Below, piece by piece: positions 1 through 8,449 of a DNA stretch of 64,000 nucleotides. Numbering within the stretch: position 1 is the first letter of the stretch; each line of letters starts with the position of its first letter. The stretch comes from Candidatus Latescibacterota bacterium (GTDB lineage: Bacteria; Latescibacterota; UBA2968; GCA-2709665): NCBI GenBank assembly GCA_965226795.1, contig CBDDDZ010000003.1:320001-384000 (forward strand), read 5' to 3'. The notes below the pieces were generated by a model that saw nothing but the letters and a program-made list of their open reading frames with translations, was not told where the DNA came from and made no database searches. The position numbers and the translations under genes were made by a program.

Positions 1-1524
1 ATCGCGCCGGCCTATTTTACGGACAGAAGGTATACCGATGACTGTCACTACAAAGGCGGTTGTCTGCGAGGCTTTTATGACATGTTGGCCTACGGCCTGA
101 ATATGGTGGCGCGCAACGGCCTTCCCCCGTTTCGCGAAGCCGTCGGCGAGCGGTGGAGCGAACTCTGGCAGCAGAGGCTTGAGCAGAACGAGCCGTATCT
201 GCTGAAGTGGTTTTCCCATCAGGCGGAGGATGACTACTGGGCGGTAGGTTCCATTTCCGGGTGCTACGATCAGATTCAGGCGGCAGCCCTGTTGATCGGC
301 GGCTGGCACGACGGATACCCGACGCCGCCGTTGCGGGTGTACCGGGCGCTGCGGTCGCCCAAACACCTGCTGATAGGACCGTGGTCTCATGCGTATGGCG
401 ATCAGTCACACTGTGGACCCCGAATCGACATCTACTATGAATTGCTGCGCTGGTGGGACTGCTGGTTGAAGGAAATGGACAACGGGGTTGTGGACGAACC
501 CCCGGTACAGATATACCAGCCGGAATTTGAAAAACCGGTGACGGATCGCACAATGATCGCAGGCGAATGGCGGATGGCCGACGATCTGCCTCAGCAGACA
601 CCCGAGTCTTTCTTTTTGCACGGCAGCAACCTGACTGGCGGCCCGGCAGCCACTGCGGGCGAAGCTTCGATACCCTATCTGCCGGCCGCCTGCCGGCAGG
701 GTGGGTTGTGGGACGGCGGGACGCCGTTCACGCTTCCGGGAGACCAGCGAGAGGATTCGGCGCGCGCGATCAATTTTGTCTCGCCGCCGCTTGCGAAGGC
801 CGTAACTATTTTAGGGACGCCGACATTCAGCCTCTATATCAGTTCCGATGTGGAGGTGGTACCGGTGGCAGTCCGGCTATTGGAGATTGCACCCGACGGG
901 ACTAGCGTGCTTGTCACAAAGGGAATATTGAATGCGACCCGGCGAGAGGGAATGGATCGACCTGTCCCCCTGATTCCGGGCGAGGTCGTTCCAATTGCGT
1001 TTCATTTGGAAGCGACGGCACGGCGATTCACGGACGGACACCGGATCGGGATCAGCATCAACGGATCGGACTTCCCAAACGTATGGCCCACGCCGCAGCA
1101 GGGACGGATCACGATTCACTGGGGACCGGAATACCCGTCGAAGATCACGTTACCGGTATGGAACGGTGGTAGCGATCCGGAATTTGCATATTCGCCTTCG
1201 CCGCATGCCGCTAGGCCTACGGGGTCGGGCGACGCGCCCTGGCAGGTGGTGCACGACGTGCTGGAAGACAGGTACCGTTTCATTCTGTTCGGCGGAGAAG
1301 GAGAGATGGGGGTGTCGAACCGGACCCCGGCAGAGGCCTGGACCCGTTCGAAAAAACAGGCGACGGTGGCGTGGCCAGGGTGCGTGGTGCGTTCCGAAGC
1401 GACCGGATCACTGACGAGCAACGCGGATTGTTTTGTGATGAATCTGGGACTAAACGTATATTTGAACGGTGATCCGTATTTTCAGAAGCAGTGGAGCCAG
1501 ACCGTCAAGAGGCTGTTGTTGTAA
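1..1524 (+). CDS. CocE/NonD family hydrolase (X-Pro dipeptidyl-peptidase-like), 5'-truncated by window edge
   Basis: Frame open from base 1 (IAPAYFTDRRYTDDCHYKGG...). Carries GGWHDGY and IGPWSH motifs and a PepX_C-like C-terminal region (GHRIGISINGSDFPNVWP). Confidence 0.8.
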   Translation: MAPAYFTDRRYTDDCHYKGGCLRGFYDMLAYGLNMVARNGLPPFREAVGERWSELWQQRLEQNEPYLLKWFSHQAEDDYWAVGSISGCYDQIQAAALLIGGWHDGYPTPPLRVYRALRSPKHLLIGPWSHAYGDQSHCGPRIDIYYELLRWWDCWLKEMDNGVVDEPPVQIYQPEFEKPVTDRTMIAGEWRMADDLPQQTPESFFLHGSNLTGGPAATAGEASIPYLPAACRQGGLWDGGTPFTLPGDQREDSARAINFVSPPLAKAVTILGTPTFSLYISSDVEVVPVAVRLLEIAPDGTSVLVTKGILNATRREGMDRPVPLIPGEVVPIAFHLEATARRFTDGHRIGISINGSDFPNVWPTPQQGRITIHWGPEYPSKITLPVWNGGSDPEFAYSPSPHAARPTGSGDAPWQVVHDVLEDRYRFILFGGEGEMGVSNRTPAEAWTRSKKQATVAWPGCVVRSEATGSLTSNADCFVMNLGLNVYLNGDPYFQKQWSQTVKRLLL

Positions 1525-1622
1525 GGGAATGGCCTTCGGATCCCGGCGGCGCTGTCAGGTCATCGTACCGCGGAGATCAGGACGTCGGTGAATTCAGCGA
1601 TTTGCTTCCTCGGGAGATTCCA

Positions 1623-2699
1623 ATGCGGGTGGTATTCTACTGGGGCAGGGCGGGGCTTGGGTTCGAAAAAAACAACCCCTACGGCCCATTGCTCGCGCGG
1701 GCGATGGCCCGGCTCGGGGTGGAGTTGGAAGCCGGATACGAAGAAGATCTGAGCGAATCGTGGCTGGTGGACAATCGGGGTCGTGTGGACGTATTGCACC
1801 TGCACTGGCCCTCCTATATGTACAACACGGACGATATGTACGAGAGCGTCAGAAGGTGCGCAGAACTGATCGGCCATCTGACCCTCGCGCGGTTCCTGGG
1901 TTACAGAGTGGTGTGGACGGTCCACAATCTGTATCCGCACGAACGTCCGCATCCGGGGCTGGACCGTCTGGCGAGGCTTGCGATCACGCAGCTTGCGACG
2001 GCCCTGATTGTGCACTGTGAGTACGGCCGCGGGCAGGTGGCGGCGCACTTTCACCGGACGGACGGAATTTTTACAATTCCCCATGGCCATTTTATAGACG
2101 CGTACGAGAATTCGACGTCGCGCGTCGAGGCCAGGAGAAAATTGGGGATTGCCGGGGACGGGTTCGTGTATCTGTTTTTCGGAAACGTGAAACGCTACAA
2201 GGGCGTCGAGCGGCTGCTCGAGGTTTTTTCCCGGCTTCCGGGCGAACATTTGAGGTTGCTCCTGGCCGCAAAGTTGAACAGCGAATACAGCGCGCAGTTG
2301 ATCGCGCAGGCCCGCACCGGCGATCCGAGGATTCTGGCGCATACGGCGGAATTTTTCCCGGACGAGGAACTCCAGCTTTTCTTTAACGCGGCGGACGTTA
2401 TGGTGCTGCCCTTCGTGGATATGCTGACTTCCGGATCGGCGATAACGGCAATGTCTTTCGCGCGTCCGGTAATCGCGCCTGGCATCGGCTGTCTTCCTGA
2501 ACTGTTGGACGATGACTCCGGAATCACATACGACGCAAAGGAGAGGAATGGCCTGAGGCGTGCAATGGAGGAAATCCGGGAGCGGGACATGTCGGTCTGC
2601 TCGGAAAGCGCGTTTCAGCGGGCAAAGGCGTTGTCGTGGGAGGCAATTGCGGAAAGGACGCTGGAGGTGTACGAATACGAACCTGCTTCATCACATTGA
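1623..2699 (+). CDS. Glycosyltransferase family 4 (GumI-like)
   Basis: LHLHWP...VVWTVHNLYPHE, FFGNVKRYKG, ADVMVLPF..TSGS..AMSFARPVI motifs; ATG at 1623 after GGGAG. Confidence 0.85.
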   Translation: MRVVFYWGRAGLGFEKNNPYGPLLARAMARLGVELEAGYEEDLSESWLVDNRGRVDVLHLHWPSYMYNTDDMYESVRRCAELIGHLTLARFLGYRVVWTVHNLYPHERPHPGLDRLARLAITQLATALIVHCEYGRGQVAAHFHRTDGIFTIPHGHFIDAYENSTSRVEARRKLGIAGDGFVYLFFGNVKRYKGVERLLEVFSRLPGEHLRLLLAAKLNSEYSAQLIAQARTGDPRILAHTAEFFPDEELQLFFNAADVMVLPFVDMLTSGSAITAMSFARPVIAPGIGCLPELLDDDSGITYDAKERNGLRRAMEEIRERDMSVCSESAFQRAKALSWEAIAERTLEVYEYEPASSH

Positions 2700-2767
2700 G
2701 ATACCTTGAAACACGGCGCCGAAAGAATTCGGAAGCCGCGACGGGTCAATATTGAGAAGGTTCGGCA

Positions 2768-3592
2768 ATGGCGGAAATGACGTTTGTGATGCTGGGCAGC
2801 GGTGCGGTCCGGGACAACCCGTGTCGGGGCGGACCGGCACAGATGCTTCGGATCGGAGACGAAGTATTGATGTTCGACTGCGGGCGGAGCGCCAGCACGA
2901 ACCTGGCGCGCTCGGGCGTGGGGTGTGAGGAGGTGGATCGGTTGTTTTTGACCCATCTGCACTTCGATCATATTGTGGATGTGCCCTATCTGGTTTTCGT
3001 GGGATGGGTAAAGGTACGAAGTCGTCGATTGAAGATATATGGACCGGTGGGCACCCGGAATTTCGTGGAGCGAATCATCCGGCCGCCCTTTCAACAGGAC
3101 ATCAGCAGCCGGTTGAGTCACGGAAAGGACATTCTGCCGCTCGATCCGGAGGTGGTCGAGGTGGACGGAGCACGCTGTTTTCTGGAGCGAGAGGATTACC
3201 GGATTTCCGCCACGTTTACGGACCATGGGAATATTCCGACCCTGGCCTACCGGGTGGATGCGGGCGATCGTCGTGTGGTCATTACGGGAGATGGAACGCC
3301 CGATGAGGACTTTCCGGCATACTGTAAGGGTGCGGATCTCCTCGCCATCGAGTGTTCGGGCACGCCGGAGTTCCTGGAGACGCAGCCTTGGGGTGCGTGG
3401 CATATCACGCCCGCGGATATTGCGAATATTGCGCAGAAAGCCGAAGTGAAGCGCGTCATGATCAAACACCTGGTGATTGAAGACATTACGGGAGACCGGA
3501 CGTCGCCCTACCAGATGGCGGACCGGATCAGGAGCGGATTTCGGGGCGACGTGATGGTGGCGGAGGACGGGCTGGTCGTTGAGATTGAATAA
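2768..3592 (+). CDS. MBL-fold metallo-hydrolase, RNase Z/ElaC/AtsA-like
   Basis: LGSG, FDCG, THLHFDH metal motif, TGD, C-terminal H and KHL. Confidence 0.8.
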   Translation: MAEMTFVMLGSGAVRDNPCRGGPAQMLRIGDEVLMFDCGRSASTNLARSGVGCEEVDRLFLTHLHFDHIVDVPYLVFVGWVKVRSRRLKIYGPVGTRNFVERIIRPPFQQDISSRLSHGKDILPLDPEVVEVDGARCFLEREDYRISATFTDHGNIPTLAYRVDAGDRRVVITGDGTPDEDFPAYCKGADLLAIECSGTPEFLETQPWGAWHITPADIANIAQKAEVKRVMIKHLVIEDITGDRTSPYQMADRIRSGFRGDVMVAEDGLVVEIE

Positions 3593-3606
3593 ATGCTGCG
3601 GCCTAG

Positions 3607-3711
3607 CCGGAAATAGATTGCCTGAATTCGGCCGACGAGTCGCCCGGCTCGCAAGGCGCCTGAGCGAGGCGACCTGCGCAAGGTCGGCCCAACGCAGCGA
3701 GGAGGGATGGA
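3607..3711. repeat. MITE-like repeat family A, copy 1 (ends eroded)
   Basis: CGGAAATAGATTGCC...GAGTCGCCCGGCT...GCCTGAGCGAGGCGACCTG...AAGGTCGGCCCAACGCAGCGAG is nearly identical to 20843-20935. Confidence 0.85.
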
Positions 3712-4461
3712 ATGACCATTGTTGACGGCCATGTGCACGTGGGGTTGACCAAGTACGTCGCCGTTGAAGTGCTGTTGGCGCAGATGGATTCGGCCGGCAT
3801 CGACAAGGCACTGCTGGTGCAGTACGGAGGATGCCACGACAACGCCTATTTAAAAAACTGTATGGACCGTTATCCGGGCCGATTCGCATCTCTGGGAGCC
3901 GTGGACTACGATGCCGCAGACGCGGGCGAGCGAATCCGCCGGGAAGTAGCCGAGTTCGATCTTGCGGGATTGCGAATACCGGCTTCGGTCGAAAACGAGG
4001 CCGTGTGGGAAGCCGCTGGCGAACTGGGCATCATGGCGAGTCTGAGCGGGGGCATGTCAAACATGCTTCATCCCCGGGTGGAGAAATGCATCCAGCGGTA
4101 TCCGGACGCGATGTTTCGCATCGAGCACATGGGATGGTTTCCCGACGTGGAAAAGACACCCGATGAGCCGGAGTACGACCGATTGATGGGGTACGCAAGC
4201 TACGAAAATACAGTATTTATGCTGTCTGGATTCTATGGATTCGGGAAGGGGTATCCCTACGACGAAGCAACACCATTCATCGAGCGGGCACTGGAGCGGT
4301 TCGGCGCCGAGCGGATGATGTGGGGGAGCGATTTCCCGCCCGTGAGTCTTCATGAAACCTGCGAGATGGCGGTAAATATGCCCCGGCGCTGGACGTTCCT
4401 GTCTGAAAACGAACTTGAATGGATCATGGGCAGGACGGCCCTGAAACTGTTCGATTTCTAA
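3712..4461 (+). CDS. Amidohydrolase_2 family protein
   Basis: IVDGHVH, IEHMG and RMMWGSDFP motifs. Confidence 0.85.
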   Translation: MTIVDGHVHVGLTKYVAVEVLLAQMDSAGIDKALLVQYGGCHDNAYLKNCMDRYPGRFASLGAVDYDAADAGERIRREVAEFDLAGLRIPASVENEAVWEAAGELGIMASLSGGMSNMLHPRVEKCIQRYPDAMFRIEHMGWFPDVEKTPDEPEYDRLMGYASYENTVFMLSGFYGFGKGYPYDEATPFIERALERFGAERMMWGSDFPPVSLHETCEMAVNMPRRWTFLSENELEWIMGRTALKLFDF

Positions 4462-4523
4462 CGGATTCGAAGATCGTCGGGGGAGCGGGCATTGGGAATC
4501 GACAGACATTGAAAGGAGTTTGG

Positions 4524-6260
4524 ATGCGGTACAGCAGGCTGTTTGCGCAGACGCTACGGGAGGCGCCCGCAGACGCGGAGTTGGCCAGCCACCAACTGGC
4601 TCTGCGCGCGGGGTTGATTCGTCCTCTTGCAGCCGGCATTTTCAGCGCCCTGCCGCTGGGACTCCGGGTCGCGCGGAAGATCGAGGCGATATTTCGTAGG
4701 GAGATGGCGGCAATCGACTGCATTGAACTGCTGATGCCGATCGTGCAGCCGGCGGAGTTGTGGCGGGAAAGCGGGAGGTGGAGCGAGGTGGGGCCGGAAA
4801 TGCTTCGGATGCAGGATCGATCGGAGCGGGAAATATGTCTGGCCATGACTCACGAAGAGGCGGTAACGGATCTTGCGCGGCATCTGATCAGGAGCTATCG
4901 ACAGGTGCCAATGTGCGTGTTTCAGATTCAGACGAAATTCCGCGACGAGCCCCGCAGCCGGGGTGGCCTGATACGGGTGCGGGAATTTACGATGAAGGAC
5001 GCGTACAGTTTCGACCTGGATGAATCCGGACTGGATTCGGTCTACCGGGATATGTACCGGGCCTATGAGAATATTTTCCGGCGCGTCGGCCTGGAGGATA
5101 GCGTCGTGTCGGTGGAAAGCGACACTGGCATGATGGGCGGAACCGGGGCGCACGAGTTCATGTATTTGAATCCGGTGGGTGAGGATACGCTGCTCATCTG
5201 CGATGGATGCGGGTACCGCGCGAACCGGCAGATTGCCGTGTATAGGAGAGAGGACGCGATTCGGGAAACACCAGAACCGCTTCAGGAAGTTGCGACGCCG
5301 GGATGCACGACCATTGAGGAACTGACGCGGTTTTTGAACATCCCAGCGAGTCGAACGGCCAAAGCGGTGTTTATGGCAGGTTCCATTCAAGGAGACGAAC
5401 GGTTCATTTTTGCGGTCGTGCGAGGGGATCAGGAGCTAAACGAAACGAAATTGGCCAACGCGGCCGGGGCCGTTGAGATGCGGCCGGCGACAGAGGAGGA
5501 AATCCGGGCGATCGGCGCGGAGCCGGGTTACGGATCCCCGATCGGCATTGCGGAGGATGCGCTGGTGATCGTGGATGACCTGGTGGCGGCATCCGGCAAC
5601 CTGGTGTCCGGGGCGAATAGGGTGGATTATCACTGTTTGAACGTAAACGCGGGTAGGGATTTCGAAGCGGACGTGGTCACCGATCTGGTGGCGGTGGAGG
5701 CGGGGATGCCCTGCGCATCTTGCGGCGCCGCGCTTCGATCGGCGCGTGGGGTCGAAGTGGGGAACATCTTCAAGCTTGGCACGAGGTACAGCGAAAAACT
5801 TGGGGCGACCGTCCTTGATGAGGACGGCAAAACCCGTCCGCTGGTGATGGGATCTTACGGCATCGGCGTCGGCCGCCTGCTTGCATGCGTGATCGAGGCG
5901 CACCACGACGAGCAGGGTATCATCTGGCCGATTTCCGTCGCGCCGTTCCACGTGCATATTGTGGTGCTCTCAGGCAAACGTCCGAAGGGAGAGTTGGAGG
6001 CGGCAGAGCAAATCTGCCGGGATCTCGAAGCCGAGGAAATCGAGGTGCTTCTGGATGACCGGGACGAGCGGGCGGGCGTGAAGTTCAACGATGCGGACCT
6101 GATCGGCATCCCGATTCGGATTACGGTGGGCTCGAGGGGGTTGGCAAGAGGAGAGGTGGAGGTGAAAATGAGAAGCGAACGGGAACGGCAAGACGTTGCA
6201 ATCGATGCGTTGGTGGAGTACGTGAAAGACGTCGTCCGAAACGGGCAGGCAGCATACTGA
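4524..6260 (+). CDS. proS: Proline--tRNA ligase (bacterial type with editing domain)
   Basis: KFRDEPRSRGGLIRVREFTMKDAYSF, EVGNIFKLG, MGSYGIGVGR, GVKFNDADLIGIP; AAAGGAG RBS before ATG 4524. Confidence 0.97.
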   Translation: MRYSRLFAQTLREAPADAELASHQLALRAGLIRPLAAGIFSALPLGLRVARKIEAIFRREMAAIDCIELLMPIVQPAELWRESGRWSEVGPEMLRMQDRSEREICLAMTHEEAVTDLARHLIRSYRQVPMCVFQIQTKFRDEPRSRGGLIRVREFTMKDAYSFDLDESGLDSVYRDMYRAYENIFRRVGLEDSVVSVESDTGMMGGTGAHEFMYLNPVGEDTLLICDGCGYRANRQIAVYRREDAIRETPEPLQEVATPGCTTIEELTRFLNIPASRTAKAVFMAGSIQGDERFIFAVVRGDQELNETKLANAAGAVEMRPATEEEIRAIGAEPGYGSPIGIAEDALVIVDDLVAASGNLVSGANRVDYHCLNVNAGRDFEADVVTDLVAVEAGMPCASCGAALRSARGVEVGNIFKLGTRYSEKLGATVLDEDGKTRPLVMGSYGIGVGRLLACVIEAHHDEQGIIWPISVAPFHVHIVVLSGKRPKGELEAAEQICRDLEAEEIEVLLDDRDERAGVKFNDADLIGIPIRITVGSRGLARGEVEVKMRSERERQDVAIDALVEYVKDVVRNGQAAY

Positions 6261-6311
6261 AGTCACGATCGCTATTCCCTGCAATCTGGATGTTTCAGCC
6301 GGGAGGTTCAG

Positions 6312-6773
6312 ATGTCTGTTGAGGAGAGGCTCGCCGCACTTGGAATCGCGTTGCCGGAACCGCCGTCACCCGCGGGCGCTTACGTGCCCGCGAAGCGTAC
6401 CGGAAATCTGATTTTCGTCGCCGGCCAGCTCCCGATGACAGGTGGCGAGTTGAAGTATACGGGCAGGGTGGGGGCGGATGTGACCGTTGAGGACGGATAT
6501 GAAGCGGCGAAACTCTGCGCGCTGAATGCGTTGAGCGTCTTGAACGCCGAGGCGGGTTCGCTGGATGCCGTCGTCCAACTGGTGCGCGTGGAGGGGTTTG
6601 TCCGTTCGGCGGAGGGATTCACGGATCAGCCGAAAGTGATCAACGGGGCGTCGGAGTTGTTCGCACAGGTGCTGGGCGACAGAGGCAGCCACGCCCGTCT
6701 GGCCATCGGGGCGAACGAATTGCCGCTCGGCGCCTGCGTGGAACTCTCGGTAATTGCGGAGGTCGATAGGTGA
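6312..6773 (+). CDS. RidA/YjgF family protein
   Basis: GAYVP, VAGQLP, FTDQPKVINGASEL, HARLAIG..LPLGACVE. Confidence 0.92.
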   Translation: MSVEERLAALGIALPEPPSPAGAYVPAKRTGNLIFVAGQLPMTGGELKYTGRVGADVTVEDGYEAAKLCALNALSVLNAEAGSLDAVVQLVRVEGFVRSAEGFTDQPKVINGASELFAQVLGDRGSHARLAIGANELPLGACVELSVIAEVDR

Positions 6774-6797
6774 ATAGCGGGCTTGCCGCGTCCAGGC

Positions 6798-6830
6798 TTG
6801 ACATGACTGGAGTAATTCATTAACGTTAAT
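6798..6830 (+). promoter_or_regulatory. Sigma70-type promoter with overlapping palindromic operator
   Basis: TTGACA (6798-6803), 17 bp, TAACGT (6821-6826); perfect 12-bp palindrome ATTAACGTTAAT at 6819-6830. Confidence 0.65.
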
Positions 6831-6882
6831 TTATCTTACGATTATGGGTCGATAAAGGACGCGCTACTCAGCGGGGGCAGGT

Positions 6883-7113
6883 ATGAATACGGCATATATC
6901 AAGTTCAATAGTCGCGAACATCAGGTTAAGGGCTATTACGAGCTGGCGAACCATGCGACGGTGAGCAGCTTGTCGGATGGTGTATATATCGTGCCTGTTC
7001 AAGCGTTGTCGATTCTGGATAAGAGAGATATTGCATATCGCCAGGCCTCGGATGACGAGGTTGATAAGTCTTATGCGCAGATTCGAAATCCTGCTGCCTC
7101 TGTATTACAATGA
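6883..7113 (+). CDS. Small hypothetical protein (76 aa), first gene of an overlapping pair
   Basis: ORF with G-rich RBS (GGGGGCAGGT) downstream of the promoter; AT-richer than neighbouring genes. Confidence 0.65.
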   Translation: MNTAYIKFNSREHQVKGYYELANHATVSSLSDGVYIVPVQALSILDKRDIAYRQASDDEVDKSYAQIRNPAASVLQ

Positions 7114-7381
7114 TGGTCGCCGGATTGAAGAGGAGAAATTTACCGTGACGAATGAGGAATTCGTGGCGGAATTTGGTGCAACAAGCACGGATACAATTGT
7201 CGTCACAGGTCGATGGAAATATCAGAGTACTCGCTATGAGGATCGGTTGATTCGTATCCGCATCGATACCGAAGATTCCCAGGAAAACATTGCATTTTTC
7301 AGGAAATACAAAGAAACCCTAAAGACTAGTTTTGACCAGAAGGATATCTGGATTACCGCTCAACAAACAGATGTGATCTGA
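7073..7381 (+). CDS. Small hypothetical protein (102 aa), second gene of the overlapping pair
   Basis: MRRFEILLPLYYNDG...IWITAQQTDVI. GAGG at 7057-7060 precedes ATG 7073; overlaps the upstream ORF by 41 nt. Confidence 0.75.
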   Translation: MRRFEILLPLYYNDGRRIEEEKFTVTNEEFVAEFGATSTDTIVVTGRWKYQSTRYEDRLIRIRIDTEDSQENIAFFRKYKETLKTSFDQKDIWITAQQTDVI

Positions 7382-7410
7382 AACAGGTCAGATAGGACGT
7401 TCGAAGGCGA

Positions 7411-7440
7411 CCCTGGAGACGCGATCTCCGGGGCTTTTTT
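7411..7440 (+). terminator. Rho-independent terminator
   Basis: Stem CCCTGGAGA/TCTCCGGGG followed by CTTTTTT, between convergent genes. Confidence 0.75.
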
Positions 7441-8424
7441 CTATCCATCGAAAGACCTGAAAGGAACGGCCCGTTCCGTGGTAAAGGACTCTTCAATAGC
7501 TTCGAAGTAGGCGGCGACGTTGAAAGCGTCCAGACCATTCACCGATGGAGTAGCGCCGGTCTGTGCGCATTGCGCGAATTCGGCGAGTTCTTCGTACTGT
7601 TCGTCGATCCGGTCGAAGGATTCCCTCTGGCGGGTGTCGCGGCCGATCAGCGTCACAGCGTTCTCGTCGTGGCTGTCCCACCTGATTCTGGCCTCGCTGC
7701 CCACGAAGGTGATCTCGTAACCCAGTTGGGAGACGTACGACGCGCCGATGTAGGAGAGGCGTCCATCGGCGTAGCGGCCGATAACGGCGCCCAGGTCCGG
7801 TGATTCTCCGGATCCGTCTCTCTTGGACATGAAGGCGGCAATTTTTTCAGGGGCGCCCATGATGTGCAGGACAAGGTCGATGAAGACAACGGCCATCTGC
7901 GCGAAGGGCAGAAGGGGCGCGTTCCTGATGTGGTACCGCCAATTTTCTGGCGTGAGATGATAAGCCGAGGCGCCGCCGACAGAAGCTTCGACGGAGTGAA
8001 GGGTGCCGATGTCGCCGGCGTCCAGACGTTTCTTCAGGTGGGCGATGGCCGGGTTCTTGCGGAGGTTGTGACCGGCCATATAGATGAGTTCTTTTTCGTT
8101 GGCCAGACGCACCATTTCCGCGGCCTGGGCGCGGCAGGTCGTGACGGGAACGTTGACGAAGATGTGTTTGGCTTGTTCGGCACAGGCTTTGAAGTCGTCA
8201 TAGTGGCGCGCGTTGGGCGTGGTGATAACGACGCCTTCGACATCAGGGTCGCCCGTCAGATCTTCAATGCTGGACGCCCGTCTGGCGCCGAATTTACGGG
8301 CTACCTCCTCAGCGCGTTCGGGGACAATGTCATACACGGATATCAGAGCCAGGTCCGGATTCGTGCTGACGGCCCGCTGGTGGTTTCTGGCGTAGTTGCC
8401 CAGACCGATGAATCCGAGGTTCAT
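7441..8424 (-). CDS. Gfo/Idh/MocA family oxidoreductase
   Basis: N-terminal GFIGLG Rossmann motif, VITTPNARH, KHIFVNVPV in place of the usual EKP, GHNLR. Confidence 0.85.
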   Translation of the reverse strand: MNLGFIGLGNYARNHQRAVSTNPDLALISVYDIVPERAEEVARKFGARRASSIEDLTGDPDVEGVVITTPNARHYDDFKACAEQAKHIFVNVPVTTCRAQAAEMVRLANEKELIYMAGHNLRKNPAIAHLKKRLDAGDIGTLHSVEASVGGASAYHLTPENWRYHIRNAPLLPFAQMAVVFIDLVLHIMGAPEKIAAFMSKRDGSGESPDLGAVIGRYADGRLSYIGASYVSQLGYEITFVGSEARIRWDSHDENAVTLIGRDTRQRESFDRIDEQYEELAEFAQCAQTGATPSVNGLDAFNVAAYFEAIEESFTTERAVPFRSFDG

Positions 8425-8449
8425 GGTTGCACCCGCGGATAGCACATCT

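Noticed and set aside
2768..3592. Assignment as rnz (tRNase Z)
   Set aside because: The fold motifs are present but there is no clear tRNA-binding exosite, and the context is catabolic; left at family level.
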